Origin: Eledone cirrhosa
Taxonomy: Eukaryota
Length of the DNA: 64,000 nt
Assembly: GCA_964016885.1 (NCBI GenBank)
Contig: OZ024740.1
Coordinates: 343,542,001-343,606,000, forward strand
Direction: 5' to 3'
Below are positions 13,444-28,631 of the stretch, piece after piece (the stretch's first letter is position 1; every line of letters begins with the position of its first letter). The notes under the pieces are model-generated. The model was not told where the DNA came from. It ran no database searches and worked only from the letters and a program-made list of their open reading frames with translations. The translations under genes were made by a program, and so were the position numbers.

Positions 13444-14967
13444 TATATATATACATGCATACATACATACTAGCTACATACATATATATCTAATTACTTA
13501 CCTATCTACATATATACATAAAAACATACATACATATACAACGGGTTGAATATCATTAGCGCGTCGGACAATGTACCTCGTGTTATTCATTCTGGCTATA
13601 TGCGCTTTGTGTTCAAATCTCGCCGATGTCAACTTTCATCTCTTTGTAGTCTATACTTTTCTCCTACTTCTCCCCTTTTCACACCTTTTCTTTCACTGCA
13701 AGATATCGGTTGTTGTTAGTCCTGGGGAGAGGAAGAGCATCACCATGTTTAGATGTACGAGAAATGCTGTGAGTTACGACGAAATCCCTATGTCTCCAGC
13801 ACTGTTTGAGAATTTAGAGGAAAGCAAGGCATATATAATACCTGCATGCATACATACGTTCTTACATGCATTCATACATTCATACATACAAACATACACA
13901 CATACATACATACAAACATACACACATACAAACATACACACATACATACATACATACATACACGCATGCATTCATACATACATGCGTACATGTATACATA
14001 CATACATACATACACACATACATAAATACATACATACGTACATACGTACATACGTACGAAAGAAAATGATCCATCTATTAGGTATGCGAATAGAATGAAT
14101 TTAGATTGAGAGGAACTTGCTTCAGAGCTGTTATGTCAGCAAATGAGTATCGGTGAACAAAAGGGGATAGATTTTGATTATAATTTTATTCCCAAAGTAA
14201 GAACAGTGCACGAATAACACTAATCGAAAATATTTGGAGAACACATTTGCGTAGAGTAAGTATGATACTAAATGTGACAAGAAAGGCCTCATGTGTGAAG
14301 TTCTATGAAGTCACTCGACCTGCATAAAATAGCAACAAAATCTCCAGATTATGTCGTAAGGCTTTGAAAAGAAATGAATTGAAGTGAAAAATAGAATGTA
14401 TAGTTCCTATCTACGCAAGTTCAGCTGGCCTCCTACGGCGCTGCATCTTATAGGGGCTTTATTGAGAATTTGATTATAGACACCCCAGTCCCACCGTGAA
14501 AGCAATGTGTAATGAAGCATCTTGCTCAAGAGCATAACGTGCCAAACGGTCTAGGAATCGACAAAACAAAGTTATGGTCGTGAGTCCGACAGACTAACCG
14601 CAAGGACATACACTTTGAAAATGGACGGACACAATATGTAATCTCCTTTGAAAAAATCAGATGTTCATGGTTGGAATCTGATTCATCATGTGTCTTCTCT
14701 GTCAGGATGAACTTAAAGTTAAGAGAAAACAACAAACCAGGCCCTGGCATTTGCTATGTTGACCGGCTACATCAGATGTTCTCAAACGTATCGGACCACC
14801 GCCCCACTCCGGCCACGTAATGCCCTCAGCGCCTCACCAACCATATTTCCAGAGAGACCTGCCTAAACGCAAATTGTAAATCTAAACTATAATAAAGGAG
14901 TGCAGGACTGTGTCCAGAATATAAGTTTTCATCCCGTTTCTACAATAAGTTGGATTACTTTGAATAA

Positions 14968-15080
14968 ATAATTGTTTCTACTTTTGGCACCAGACCAGCA
15001 ATTACCCAGTGTATTACTTACTGGTACTTTATTTTATCGACCCCATAAGGATGAAAAGCAAAGTTAACCTCGGCGGGATT
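14968..15080 (-). mobile_element. SINE family A, 5'-truncated
   Basis: Family match. Confidence 0.8.
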
Positions 15081-15549
15081 AATAAATTTGAATAAATAAT
15101 GAATGAATAAATTTGAATAAATAATGAATGAATAAATTTGAATAAATAATGAATGAATATTACATAATTTATCTACTAAATTTCGTGGCTGTTCATTAAA
15201 TATAAATTATTACTTATTTAAAGATTCACTTCTTTAACATTTTCAAATGTCAACGCTTCCGGTTAGTGATCGCTTAAATAAACATTCATATATTTCCGTC
15301 ACTAATTTTCTGCTAATGCAGTTTATATATAATATCGTCTTTTTTTAATGTATCATGGATTACGTTACTGATTACATAAGACAGTGTAACGCAGTCCTCG
15401 TTCAATTTCTGTGTATATTGTCAACTACGATTTTATTCGATGTATCATATCTACATGTATATATACTTGCGTATAATATCAATATACACACTACACATGC
15501 TAGCAGAAAAAGCACTCGAAGGGTGGTTTTTCTGCTAGTAATATATAAT

Positions 15550-15690
15550 ATAATTGTTTCTACTTTAGGCACAAGGCCAGCAATAACCCAGTGCATTACT
15601 GGTACTTTATTTTATCGACCCCGTAAGGATGAAAGGCAAAGTCAACCTCGGCGGGATTTGAACTCAGATTGTAAAGGGACGTAACTATGG
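15550..15690 (-). mobile_element. SINE family A with ~20-bp target-site duplication
   Basis: GCTAGTAATATATAATATAA occurs on both sides (15534 and 15690). Confidence 0.85.
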
Positions 15691-16191
15691 CTAGTAATAT
15701 ATAATATAATAAATAAAATCGTTAATTTATAGATAATAAATATAATATATACTATTTATAAATAGATATATATTTTTTATTTTACTATATTTATATATAA
15801 AATGTATCATTTGATATTTAATATACTATTATATCATTTCTACCGCATCTACCGTCCTCTTACGCCCCAGCGCTCTCTAGACCTTCTCAACGTCCCCCGT
15901 GGGGGCGGTAGCACCCACTTTGAGAAAGTCTGGACCACATTTATTCACCAGTCAACAGAGCAACATCCATGAGAAGAGTGGAGAATATAAACTATTAAAA
16001 TATATAAACATATGACGATATATAAGCAAGTTGATAGGAAATGAAAGGCTCAGATAATGTTTTGATGTTTCAGCTTATATTAAAATATTACACTTTATTT
16101 TTTGTATTGAGTACTCATTTTTCTTCTTCCCGTTGCGAGATGTCATGAAACACACAAACACACACGCACGCACACACGCACACACCCACAC

Positions 16192-16242
<51 letters not shown>

Positions 16243-16728
16243 TAGATAAAGAAAAACACAGAGAAAATGTTTTTCTCACACACTCTCTCAATACCAAACC
16301 TGTCAACTCTCCCAGTCCGACGGGGAGATCTCCCACCCACTTTAGGGTGGATGAGAGATGTCTTCTCTTGTGAAAATGAGCATAGCTTTCTTTATGTAAA
16401 ACCACCCGATTTTGCCTCATTTCCCCCCGTTTTGGGACTTCCCGTTGGGTTTTTAGAGGTGGCAAGTCTGCGATACACAAATAATGAGAAAGAGACAGTA
16501 GAAATGAAAGACGGAGAAAGTGATAGAGATGTCTGAGCATGTAAGTGAGTGTATGTAATGTACTAAAATCTTTATTACATTTGCAAAGAAATCAGTATTT
16601 TAGCATGTTCCTGTACGTGAATGTGCATGTATACTGAGCAAATGTACATAGGAGTGTATTAATACATATATAGTTATGTAATACTTATATATATAACACA
16701 CGTGATTTTGTATATATATATATCTATA

Positions 16729-16787
<59 letters not shown>

Positions 16788-18146
16788 GCGTGTGTGTATG
16801 TATGGGGGGATGGGGGTGTATGTGTCTGTGTCTGTGTGTATATTTCTGCATGTGTGTGTATGTATGTTTGTGCGTGTGTGTCTGTGAATTTTATGCGAAT
16901 TATGAGCAAGAGCCAACGAATATAGTAAATGGCAATGTTTTCCTATTATACTTCTGAGACTGAGTGTTTACTTGAAATAAACAAGTTTCAAAGCTACATA
17001 TAGTTTCACAAGTACCATAGGTTATAAATGTACTATTTTATTATCAATTACAGTACAGCTATTTGAATGTATATTGGCTGTTTGTGATCGCGGTTGTATT
17101 CTATTCCCATCGCACCTTTTGTCCATTGATTCTTAGAACAATTTCCTTTAACTGCATTTGGGATTCATAGTAATGAGAAAGGGTTTCTTGTATTCTACCA
17201 GTGTATGAAGATCTTGCAAGTAAATACTGATTGTCAGTTTACGAAACTAAACAATCACATTAAGATATTGAGATAACAATTGCCACCATTGTGCTACCAA
17301 ACTCACTCGCTGTTTCAAAACAAATGTACTTGTCATTATATTTGCTTCGAATATAGCTCCTAATTCGAATGGAAGTAAATGGATGATGTGTTGATGTAAT
17401 GATAGCATAGTGGTCTGGATAACCAAACATGTGGGTTCGACTCGCACGTACGTCAATGCTCATATTTTTCCATTTCTTAGAGGGCTCTAAACGCCACTTA
17501 GCAGGCTAAAATTTATTTTATAAGAAGTACGGCTAAATCTTATATTTTCTATTTCAAACTCGCTAGCTGTTACAAAACAAACGTACTGAACTACCTACCT
17601 GCCTACCTACCTACACACACACATATATATATATATATGTATATATACATTTTGTGTGTGTGCATGTGATATGTAAACGGAAAAACAACGGACAGTGAAG
17701 TTCAATGAAGATATATATTATTTTCATGCTTAATAAAGTAGGAAGAACCTTAACGTTTAGGATGTTAGTCCTTCATAAAAAAAATAGATGAAGAATTAAA
17801 GAAGAAACGGAAAGATAGTGTTCGTTGTTGGTCCGTACAGAGCTGTTTGTGTAAGTGTAGATATGTGTGCGTGTTTACTGTTGGCTTGAACAAAGCTGTG
17901 ATTGGGTGTGATTCTGATCGTACTAGTGACGAGGGAAACTTGAGGGTGAATTTGAGCGCACCTGTGACAGCGGACGATGTAGGGGAGAATATGGCTAGGG
18001 CGCATGTATGCAAGGGGCAAATATAGATTAAAGAAATTGTGTGCGCGAGTTGAGTCCATCAGCGAACCTGGTCCCAAGGCGGAAGATGAAGTTCTGTTCA
18101 GTTTTGGTGTGCAGTATATATATATATTTGCATATATATATATACA

Positions 18147-18198
<52 letters not shown>

Positions 18199-18240
18199 CA
18201 TATATACATATACATATATACATATTGCATATATACATAT

Positions 18241-18299
<59 letters not shown>

Positions 18300-18652
18300 T
18301 TATAAACTAAAATATTTCCAGACACTACTAACTCCGCAGATAATGTTTTGTTCGTATTGCTTCATGTTCTTGAGTATTTTGTTGGTGTTGTTGATGATCT
18401 CAATGTTTTCATGTATCAGCGAAGCAAGAGAATCTGTCATATTTGCATTGCGGTGTCATTGAAATAAAAGCATGGCGTCTATGTGCGAACTCACATAAAT
18501 GCGTACTGAATACACATTCATATCTACTGACATACATCGTTCTGTACACCTTTTTTTTTACAAAATATATAAAACCCTGCACCCAAAAAAGCAAGTAAAT
18601 ACACGCATTGACATTACATGTTCAGAAAAGCATACATAGATATGTATGTAAC

Positions 18653-18689
<37 letters not shown>

Positions 18690-18697
18690 ATGCATAC

Positions 18698-18728
<31 letters not shown>

Positions 18729-19325
18729 AAGAAAGAGAGAGAGAGAGAGAGAGCAATATATACGTGCAGACAAGCAAATATACTTACACACATACATACA
18801 TACATACATACACACATACATACATAATTGCATATATACATACAAACATACATACATACGTACATACATACATACATACATACATACATACATACAGACA
18901 TACATACATACATACATACATTCATACATACATACAAGTATTTACACAATAGTACACGCATACAAAGCAAAATTTCAAATAAAAAAGATTACTAATACGA
19001 ACAAAAATTCACAAAAAAATGGCAGCAAAGCAAATACTCTTTCCACAATTGATCCATGCATGTCAGCTGCAGACTTTTCTCGTTGAAATTTGAATTCATC
19101 AAATTATCAGCTAGACAGTTATATGGCTAAAAGTATTCTGCAGTTTTATAAAGAAAGAAGAAAATTATGAGATAAGCTAGTCAGATAGAGATAATACAGA
19201 TAAAACTGTCATACATTTCGGTATATTTTGTTTTAACTGTAAAAAAATAAATGTAGACAATAGCATATACAGGTGGAAGAGAAGATGCCTAAGTGGTATT
19301 GTAGCAATCAAATTTGTAGACCCAC

Positions 19326-19358
<33 letters not shown>

Positions 19359-19538
19359 TGTATGTATGTATGTATGTATGTATGTATGTATGTATGTATG
19401 TATGTATGTGTGTGTGTGTGTATGTATGTATGTGTGTGTATTTATGTATGTATGTGTGTGTGTATATATGTTTTATGTACGTAAATATGTATGTATGAAT
19501 ATATGTATTTATGTACATTTTCATGTCTCTCTCTCACT

Positions 19539-19572
<34 letters not shown>

Positions 19573-19573
<1 letters not shown>

Positions 19574-19681
19574 GGAAAGGAGTCAGGGGTCCTGACTCCT
19601 TTCCTATTACCCACTCTATTACCGTAAGTATTGAGTACTCTGGTGATTTATGGTCCACCTGGTATCTTACCACACCCTCTC

Positions 19682-19717
<36 letters not shown>

Positions 19718-19882
19718 TTGCAAAACTCATTATGAGAAATTGTGTGTTGAATCATATAGTGTTATATTTTGCGATGGTCATTTTGCCAATTTTGCCCGAC
19801 GGCTGCGCTTCGGCCGTTTCGACAGCTAGATCTAGCTGTCGAAACGGCCGGAGCTCAGTTGTCGGGCTCCTAATTCTTTTCC
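19573..19882. mobile_element. two family H hairpin copies
   Basis: GGAAAGGAGTCAGG-GGT-CCTGACTCCTTTCC plus family tail; GGCCGTTTCGACAGCTAGATCTAGCTGTCGAAACGGCC. Confidence 0.75.
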
Positions 19883-19928
19883 TATATATCTATATATCTC
19901 TATATCTATATCTATATCTATATCTATA

Positions 19929-19960
<32 letters not shown>

Positions 19961-20115
19961 ATATTAAGGATACTATTTCTAGTTATGTATATTTTAAACC
20001 ATAAACAGGGAAGGTCAGTAATTTATTACTACCTTATTACCAGTAAGATAAATAGCTCAATGTAATAACATCAATTGTTCTACAGAGCAGTTATATAGAA
20101 TTCACAAGAATATAT

Positions 20116-20187
<72 letters not shown>

Positions 20188-20358
20188 CAATATCGGAGAA
20201 AGCTTTTTAGCGATACTCCGGCCAAATTCCAACTCACTCAACAAACATTAGGAAATAAGTGATTATATTCCCAATTATGTGTTCGGGGTGCTAACTAAAA
20301 GTATTGCGTGGAAAATTGGCTGTATTATTTCAAATGAGACATATCTAATATATCTCTT

Positions 20359-20485
20359 CCCAGACGGACGTCTCGTTTCATTATAGGACTCCTACAATTT
20401 GGGTGAAATTATACCAGTTTATGTAGGAGCGTGTATACGATCAATAGATATATATTCAAGTGGGCTCCTATAATTCATCAGTGGG
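20359..20485 (-). ncRNA. hammerhead ribozyme with expanded stem II
   Basis: CCCA-CTGATGA-ATTATAGGA...(~80 nt)...TCCTATAAT-GAA-ACG AGACGTC CGT-C-TGGG; part of repeat 20185-20540, homologous to 36770-37120. Confidence 0.75.
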
Positions 20486-20647
20486 TGCCCCAATAATACT
20501 AATATTGATAATCTAACCAACATCAGCATTTAGCGATAATCACTTTCTGTGCCTGAGGTATCTGTCAGGTAGCCAGTCCAGCAGTTCTGAAAGAAGTGCT
20601 CGAACTGATTCAAAAAATGAGGAAGTGAATTACCGCCCAAAAACAAT

Positions 20648-20698
<51 letters not shown>

Positions 20699-20779
20699 AT
20701 ATAAGCTTATGTAATACACACACATAGACAGTACACACTCACAATACACCTCGCTCTCCCATATACATCAGGAATGTTA

Positions 20780-21045
20780 ACAATTGATTCTACTTTTGGC
20801 ACAAGGCCACCAATTATACCAATGCATTACTGGTGCTTTATTTTATCAACCCCGTAAGGATGGAAGGCAAAGTTAACTCCAGCGGGATTTGAACTCAGAC
20901 CGTAAAGGGACGTAACTATGCTGAAAAGCATGGCGTCCGACCCTCTACCGATACTGCCAATGTCAATAATTGTTTCTACTTTTGGCACAAGGCCAGCAAT
21001 TACCCAGCACATTACTGGTACTTTATTTTATCGACCCCGTAAGGA
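20780..21045 (-). mobile_element. two adjacent SINE family A copies
   Basis: Family match at 20780-20960 and 20965-21045. Confidence 0.85.
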
Positions 21046-21414
21046 CTATCATCAATGACATTGTCAATGTCAATAATGATAGTCCATCACTATAAATGTT
21101 AGTTGAGAAAATTGGGTAAAGTACTCCTGGAGATCAAACAATTGGGAAAGATGCTCATGCGTAGAATCAAATGTCGGAATTCTAAAATGCTAGATGAGTG
21201 CGATAACCCCTGCGGCAAAGTCGTCGCTGGCGATTAATTCCTTCTGTTCAGAACAATTTAATCCTGTAGCTAGAAGTGTAATCAACGGTTGATTTAAAAT
21301 GCACCGAGAAAATTTGAAATTTGAAATATGTGTGTTCCAACGCAAATGACCATAATAATTAAAATATTCCATCTGTATAAATAACAGTAGAGAAAATTGG
21401 GAGACAAGAGATAT

Positions 21415-22045
21415 TGCTCCTTCAGCATTAAAGTCTATGTTGAGTGTCTTGCAAAGAGATAAATGGATATTGTGAAGTCCAAGTTCTGATGAACTGTGTA
21501 GGTTTAGTCCATGACGTAGCCCAGCCTACCAGATATCCACACTGCGGCAGATCTTTGAGAAACGGTGGGAATATTTCCAAGAGATGTATGCTTGTTTCGT
21601 AGAACTGGAAAAGACATGTGACCGCGTTCCACAGAACATGTCGTGGAAGGTGATGCAGGAGTATGGCACCAATGGACAGCTCTTTGTATTTGTGGAATAC
21701 AAGGAATGTCCTAATATTTGTGTTCGGTACTAGTATTTGTGTTCGGTACTAAGTCCATTCGATAGAGGTGTCGGATTCTGCCGAGGGTGCGTACCGTCAT
21801 CTCGCCTGTTCATAATCGTCATGAACAGAATTGACAGGCGCAGCGGGGTTGTAAGTAGTATCAAGACCGGTGGGGTAGGATTAGTCGCCTGAAATATGCA
21901 GAGGACATAGTGTTACTTAACTCGCCTAATGTGATCTACATCATGCACTTGATAGGTTTGCAGCCAAGTGCTGCATGGCTGGAATGAAAATTAGTGCTGC
22001 GAAAACTGAGACGCTCGTCTTCTCAATGAAGTCTGCGCAGAGGAT
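21415..22045 (+). pseudogene. degenerate RTE-clade LINE reverse transcriptase fragment
   Basis: Broken frames give CFVELEKTCDRVP, GFCRGCVPSSRLFIIVMNRI, RLKYAEDIVLL and AGMKISAAKTETLV. Confidence 0.75.
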
Positions 22046-22064
22046 CTCCACTCATATATATATA

Positions 22065-22769
22065 CAGGGTGGTCCAAAAAGATGTAACCATTTTTGATAA
22101 AGTAGCATTTTCTATTGAAAGGAAAACTTTACAATTCTTTTCATAGACCTGTCTTACAGGCATGTAAGTTTTGTGTGGTGTAAGTTTTTTCCACGCATAC
22201 CGCCACTTTGTGAGCACAGCTCAATAGTTTTTAATGTGCTCGACCCAAGCTCATCTTGAGGCGGAAGCAAGGAGTGGACATGGATACTGTAATTTATCAG
22301 CAGGATGGAGCAACACCGCATTGCTCCAATGCTTCACTCGAATATCTCCATCGTTACTTCCCTGAAGACAGGCTCATCTCCCGATGCACATTCTCCCGAC
22401 CTATCCCCTTTGGATTATTTTCTGTGGGGATACCTAAAAACAGGGTCTATGCTAACAATCCCCAAACTATTGATGTGCTCAAGAATAACATTCGAACAGA
22501 GATCAGGAGAATTCTCCATGACATGTTGGACAGGGTCATTACAAACTTCAATGTGCGAGTAGCCACAGTGATTCAGGGCCAAGGAGCTTGGATCGAGCAC
22601 ATTATAAACTGAGGAGCTGTGCTCGCAAAGTGGTGGTATGCGAGGAAAAGACTTACACCACACAAAACTTACATGTCTTTAAGACAGGTCTATGGAAAAA
22701 AATTGTAAAGTTTTCCTTTCAATAGGAAATGCTACTTTATCAAAAATGGATACATCTTTTTGGACCACC

Positions 22770-22772
<3 letters not shown>
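22065..22772 (+). mobile_element. internally deleted Tc1/mariner transposon (DD41D/rosa-like)
   Basis: ~160-bp TIRs starting CAGGGTGGTCCAAAAAGAT, TA flanks, remnant IYQQDGATPH...FPEDRLISR / SPDLSPLDYFLWGYLK. Confidence 0.9.
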
Positions 22773-22826
<54 letters not shown>

Positions 22827-23033
22827 GGAAAAAGTTTAACCTCGACGGCAGAGCTCAAGCCGTTTCGACGGCTATTTCTGGACTAAATTCGAATTTAGTC
22901 CAGAAATAGCAGTTCAAACGGCTTGAGGTCTGCCGTCGGGGTTAAACTTTTTCCTATTACCCACTCTACTACCCTAAGTATTGAGTACTTTAGTGTGTTA
23001 TGGTCCATCTGGTTTCTTACCACAACTCCTTCG

Positions 23034-23066
<33 letters not shown>

Positions 23067-23190
23067 AAAAGAGAGAGGACCTCGATAGTTGAGCTCCGGC
23101 CGTTTCCTATTACCGACTCTACTACCCTAAGTATTGAGTACTCTGGTGCGTTATGGTCCACCTGGTATCTTACCAAACCCTCTTTGTTAT
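22827..23190. mobile_element. two family H copies separated by (TA)n
   Basis: Palindrome centred on CTGGACTAAATTCGAATTTAGTCCAG; shared tail TTACCCACTCTACTACCCTAAGTATTGAGTAC...ATGGTCCA. Confidence 0.85.
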
Positions 23191-23985
23191 ATGTAAACAT
23201 ATATATATACACATATATATATATATATATATATAGATAGATATGCATATATGCATATGCGTGTAGTGCTTGTGTGTTACATTAGTGTCTACCCATGTGT
23301 GTGTGTTTGTGTATTTGTGCGTGTGAAGTATTACAGATAAAGAGAGAAAGCAAGTGAAAGAAGATGAGACTATTGAAATATGGAGCAAAGAAAGTGAAGA
23401 GAGGTTGTGTGAGAAAAAGACGAACGAGTGCAAAAGTGTGAGTAAGAATAAATGTGTTAGTGATAAAAAAATGTTGAGTGAGATATATAAATTCACATTT
23501 GTGCAAGCTTACTACAACATTTTGTGAGTGTTTTATTGAATTTCGCTCAACCTTGAGATGTGAAAACCCACATATCTATTTTGAAGACGATCGGCAGCTG
23601 TCGAACGTATCAAGATCGTATTTTAAAATAAAGATAGAATAAAAGCGCACAAAAATACATGAATTTAGACGTATACATTGACTCGCATGCCCATACATAC
23701 ACATACAAACAAAGAGAAACAAACTTATATATGTATACACATTTTTAATATTATATGTTTGCTAGTGGGCTTGCGTAGTCAAAATTGACGGCGGTTCATA
23801 TATACAGTCTACTGTGCTTTAAAACCCTGATAATGAATGTATTGAAGTAGAAGAGAGGAAGTGCTTCCTATAGACGGATGGATATCTGACCAGTGGAATC
23901 CTTCTAAATGTACGTCGATAGGAAATGATTTATGCGTGTGTATGTCTCTCTCTCTATATATATATGTTTGCGTATAATGTGGGTG

Positions 23986-24044
<59 letters not shown>

Positions 24045-24133
24045 TAACATATGAAACAAGAGTATTCTATCACTACTTTGTTATACAATCGACATCTAGA
24101 ATACTTCATGGTTATAAATTATAGCCATATTTT

Positions 24134-24171
<38 letters not shown>

Positions 24172-24354
24172 GGCAGTAGCTGTTGATACGGCAAGAGCTC
24201 AGCCGTCGGGTCCCGACTCTTTATTTTATATACATATATATATATATATATAGAGAGAGAGACATATATACACGTATACACACGCATTCACAAACACTCA
24301 TACATATGTCTCTATCTATATGTAATGTGTATATATGTATCTTTCTCTTCCGCG

Positions 24355-24396
<42 letters not shown>

Positions 24397-24839
24397 GTGT
24401 GTGTATGTGCGTGTGCGTGTGTGTGTGTATGTGTATGGCTGTCAGCGCTCGTGCGAGCGTGTGTTCATTACTGTCATTTTTATATTCTTTTATTTTCCCA
24501 GAAATTACACGTGTATATTTATCATAATTACAATGGAGTGGCTAAAACAAAATATTTCTTTTTATCTGGTAACATTGTTAGCGAAACTAATTCTTTGTAA
24601 TCCTGCTAAAAGGCATATTTAATCTGTGTTTCGTTATTAATATATTATATACATAATAAATACACCTGCCGCACATATATCTTTTAATATTTCTGCCAAT
24701 TAATAGTAATATATCTGTAGATATATTTGTATTTTTATTGATCTGAGACTTCGCAACAATGATTTCTCTATGTAGTGAATAAATAATGATGAGGACTAGG
24801 AATATGATGTTCTAGTCATTGATGATGTTTAGGATATGG

Positions 24840-25073
24840 TCGTAACAATGAAGACGGCGACAACCATGCTGATGATGATGGTGATGATGATGGTGGTGAT
24901 GGTGATGGTGATGGTGATGGTGATGACGATGACGGTGGTGATGGTGATGGTTTTTGTGATGATGATGATGATGATGGTGGTGATGATTATTGTGATGATG
25001 GTGATGATGATGATGATGATGATGATGATTATGATGATGATGGTAATGATTATTGTTTGTAGTGGTAGTTGTA

Positions 25074-25123
<50 letters not shown>

Positions 25124-25275
25124 GGTGCTTGTGACGACGACGACGACGACGACGACGATGAGGATGATGATGGTAATGATTAATGTGATGGCGGTGTTTT
25201 TAACGATGATGATGATATGATATTAACGATGGCGATTATGACGACTATGATGACGACGATGATGACAACGACGAC

Positions 25276-25326
<51 letters not shown>

Positions 25327-25330
25327 TGTA
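24840..25330. repeat. compound (GAT/GGT/GAC)n trinucleotide tract
   Basis: Direct inspection. Confidence 0.95.
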
Positions 25331-25435
25331 ATAATGGTTGATGGTGATGATGTTTTGTATCATAAATATTTCGCCCCGGTTAAGTAATAAAATACGTAGA
25401 TGCATTTATTGGTCTTCTTGGCGGTTGAAAGTATA

Positions 25436-26150
25436 CACATATTTATACATACATGTATTTATATATACATACATGTATTTATATATACATACATGTATTT
25501 ATATATACATACATGTATTTATATATACATACATGTATTTATATATACATACATGTATTTATATATACATACATGTATTTATATATACATACATGTATTT
25601 ATATATACATACATGTATTTATATATACATACAAGTATTTATATATACATACATGTATTTATATATACATACAAGTATTTATATATACATACATGTATTT
25701 ATATATACATACATGTATTTATATATACATACAAGTATTTATATATACATACATGTATTTATATATACATACATGTATTTATATATACATACAAGTATTT
25801 ATATATACATACATGTATTTATATATACATACATGTATTTATATATACATACACGTATTTATATATACATACATGTATTTATATATACATACATGTATTT
25901 ATATATACATACATGTATTTATATATACATACATGTATTTATATATACATACATGTATTTATATATACATACATGTAATTATATATACATACATGTATTT
26001 ATATATACATACATGTATTTATATATACATACATGTATTTATATATACATACATGTATTTATATATACATACATGTAATTATATATACATACATGTATTT
26101 ATATATACATACATATATTTATATATACGTACATATATTTATATATACAT
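25436..26150. repeat. 20-bp minisatellite (ATATATACATACATGTATTT)n, ~35 copies, followed by (TACA)n to ~26747
   Basis: Direct inspection. Confidence 0.97.
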
Positions 26151-27277
26151 ACATCGATACATGCATGTATACATATGTACGTTCATACATATCTACATAC
26201 CTTCCTGCATGCATACATACGTACGTGTATACATATAGAGATGCGTGCATACATACATTCATGCATACATACATACATACATACATACATACATACATAC
26301 ATACATACATTCATGCATACATACATACATACATTCATGCATACATACATACATAGAAACATACATACATACATACATACATACATACATACATACATAC
26401 ATGCATACATACATACATAGAAACATACATACATACATACATACATACATACATACATTCATGCATACATACATACATAGAAACATACATACATACATAC
26501 ATACATACATACATACATACATACATTCATGCATACATACATACATAGAAACATACATACATACATACATACATGCATGCATGCATGCATGCATACATAC
26601 ATACATACATACATACATACATACATACATACATACATACATACATACATACATACATACATACATACATACATACATACATACATACATACATACATAC
26701 ATACATACATACATACATACATACATACATACATACATACATACATAAGGGATCAAATAACATGATAGATGACTCCAAATATGACATTCAGAGCGTTTCT
26801 TTTAACAGACAGCATCTTTATATAAATCATCATATCTATATTTGTATTAACAACTACTTGATTGAACTACAGAGAAAACACCCTTCATAGCTATTAATGT
26901 CCCACTAGATCCTGAAACCAAATGGATGCTTCCACAGAAACAATGAAACCAATTATCTCTATCTCGCAGCATAGTGGAAGATTTAAGAAATTCACTTTGC
27001 AACCAAAATGTTCTGGGTTCAATCTCACTGCATGTCATCTTGAATAATTGTAGGTTTTCATAGTAAAATTTAGTAGATGGAAAATGTTTGGAAGTTCGCC
27101 AGATAGACTATACATGTAATTCTATGAACCTGCTTTGTCACTCACTGAGTCACACTGAATCTCCACGAGAATAACATTAAGGACACGTGTCTGTGGAATA
27201 TTCAGCCACTTATACATTAATTTCAAGAGCGTGATCATTCGAAGATCGAACGATTGTAACACTCCTAATTGTAACTA

Positions 27278-27710
27278 ATAATGATTTCTTATATAGGCAC
27301 AAGGCCAGTCATTTTGGGGGAGGGGAAAGTCAATTAAATCGACCCATGTGCGTGGCTGGTACTTTATTTTATCGACCCCGTAAGGATGAAAGGCAAAGTT
27401 AACCTGGACGGGATTTGAACTCAGATCATAAAGGGTCGTAACTCTATGCTGCAAATCATTGCGTCCGACCCTCTACCGATACTGCCAATCCACTGCCCTA
27501 TAATTCTAACTAATAATAAATAACTGTTTCTACTTTAGGCACAATGCCAGCAATTACCCAGTGCATTACTGGTACTTTATTTTATCGACCCCGTGAGGAT
27601 GAAAGGCAAAGTCAACCTCGGCGGGATTTGAACTCAGATCGTAAAGGGACGTAACTATGCTGGAAAGCATGGCGTCCGACCCTCTACCAATACTGCCAAT
27701 CCACCGCCCT
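27278..27710 (-). mobile_element. two SINE family A copies (long and short variants)
   Basis: 27278-27500 has the extra TTTTGGGGGAGGGGAAAGTC segment; 27520-27710 is the short form. Confidence 0.9.
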
Positions 27711-27774
27711 AGACGTTGACGAGAATCATTTCGAACATATTATAGATATCAATATAAATAACGTGACTAGATAA

Positions 27775-28130
27775 AGTGTGTATCTCGGAGATGAGAGAGT
27801 CACTCCAAGTAGAGCCGTTACTTCTCCGAATTGAAAGATCACAGCACCGATACTATAGGCATGTGGGTAGAATGTCTCAGAAAATAATCGCTGGACAGAT
27901 TTTACGGAAAAAACTAACCGGCAGGAGATCCAGGTGCATACCCCGAACAAGATGGTTGGATAACATCCTTGAGCTTACTGGTCAAGCTTGGGGATCCAGC
28001 CGGATCAGTTGGAGACGGTTGCTTCTGACAAGACCCGCTGGAAAGAGTGTTTGAGGATTCTGCCACCACGACCCTCTCAGGAATAAGTGGGTGAAGAATC
28101 AGAATAAGAATAAGAATAAGAATAAGAATA
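27775..28130 (+). pseudogene. 3' end of an RTE-clade LINE with (AGAATA)n tail
   Basis: VEPLLLRIERSQ...HVGRM...GRRSRCIPRTRWLDNI followed by a short UTR and tandem tail. Confidence 0.75.
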
Positions 28131-28426
28131 TAAATAAACATTTATATAAATGAACAGGCAAATAAATAAACATTCTCGGGCCTGAATGAGTGTATATCTC
28201 TGATACAGTTGTTTAGTAGAACATCCTTAATAAGAGTGATCGGATTGGATCACGGTCGTGTTTTCATTCCTGGTCTTCATCAGGGTTTAACCTCTATTTT
28301 TCATGATTGTATGGGTTCGAAAGACCATCGTGCTGATTGGGAAGGGAAGTGGGAATGTCTAAAAATCACAGCCTGAGTGAAAGTCAATTAGTCTTTCTCT
28401 CTCCCTCTCTTTCTCTCTCTCTCCCT

Positions 28427-28495
<69 letters not shown>

Positions 28496-28631
28496 TACAC
28501 ACACACACATATATATATAGACACATATCGGTTATCATAATATGATAGTAAAACATTATATAATAATATAGTGACATACCCGTTTAAACTGCGATACAAA
28601 AAGCATACACATGGCTTACACGGCTTTAGAT

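Larger units (their letters stand above)
14773..15932. mobile_element. old non-autonomous hAT-like DNA transposon containing two SINE insertions
   Basis: TIRs CAGATGTTCTCAAA / TTTGAGAAAGTCTG; degenerate 8-bp flanks GGCTACAT / GACCACAT. Confidence 0.6.

Noticed and set aside
17745-18110. Decayed HHR and GIY-YIG-like peptide (YIVRCHRC) on the minus strand
   Set aside because: Core and catalytic motifs are too degenerate to support
21190-21375. Possible minus-strand host exon after TTATTTATACAG
   Set aside because: All frames stop early and no protein is recognisable; a UTR exon cannot be excluded
25436-26150. Regular 20-bp repeat as a CRISPR array
   Set aside because: No spacers and no cas genes; eukaryotic minisatellite
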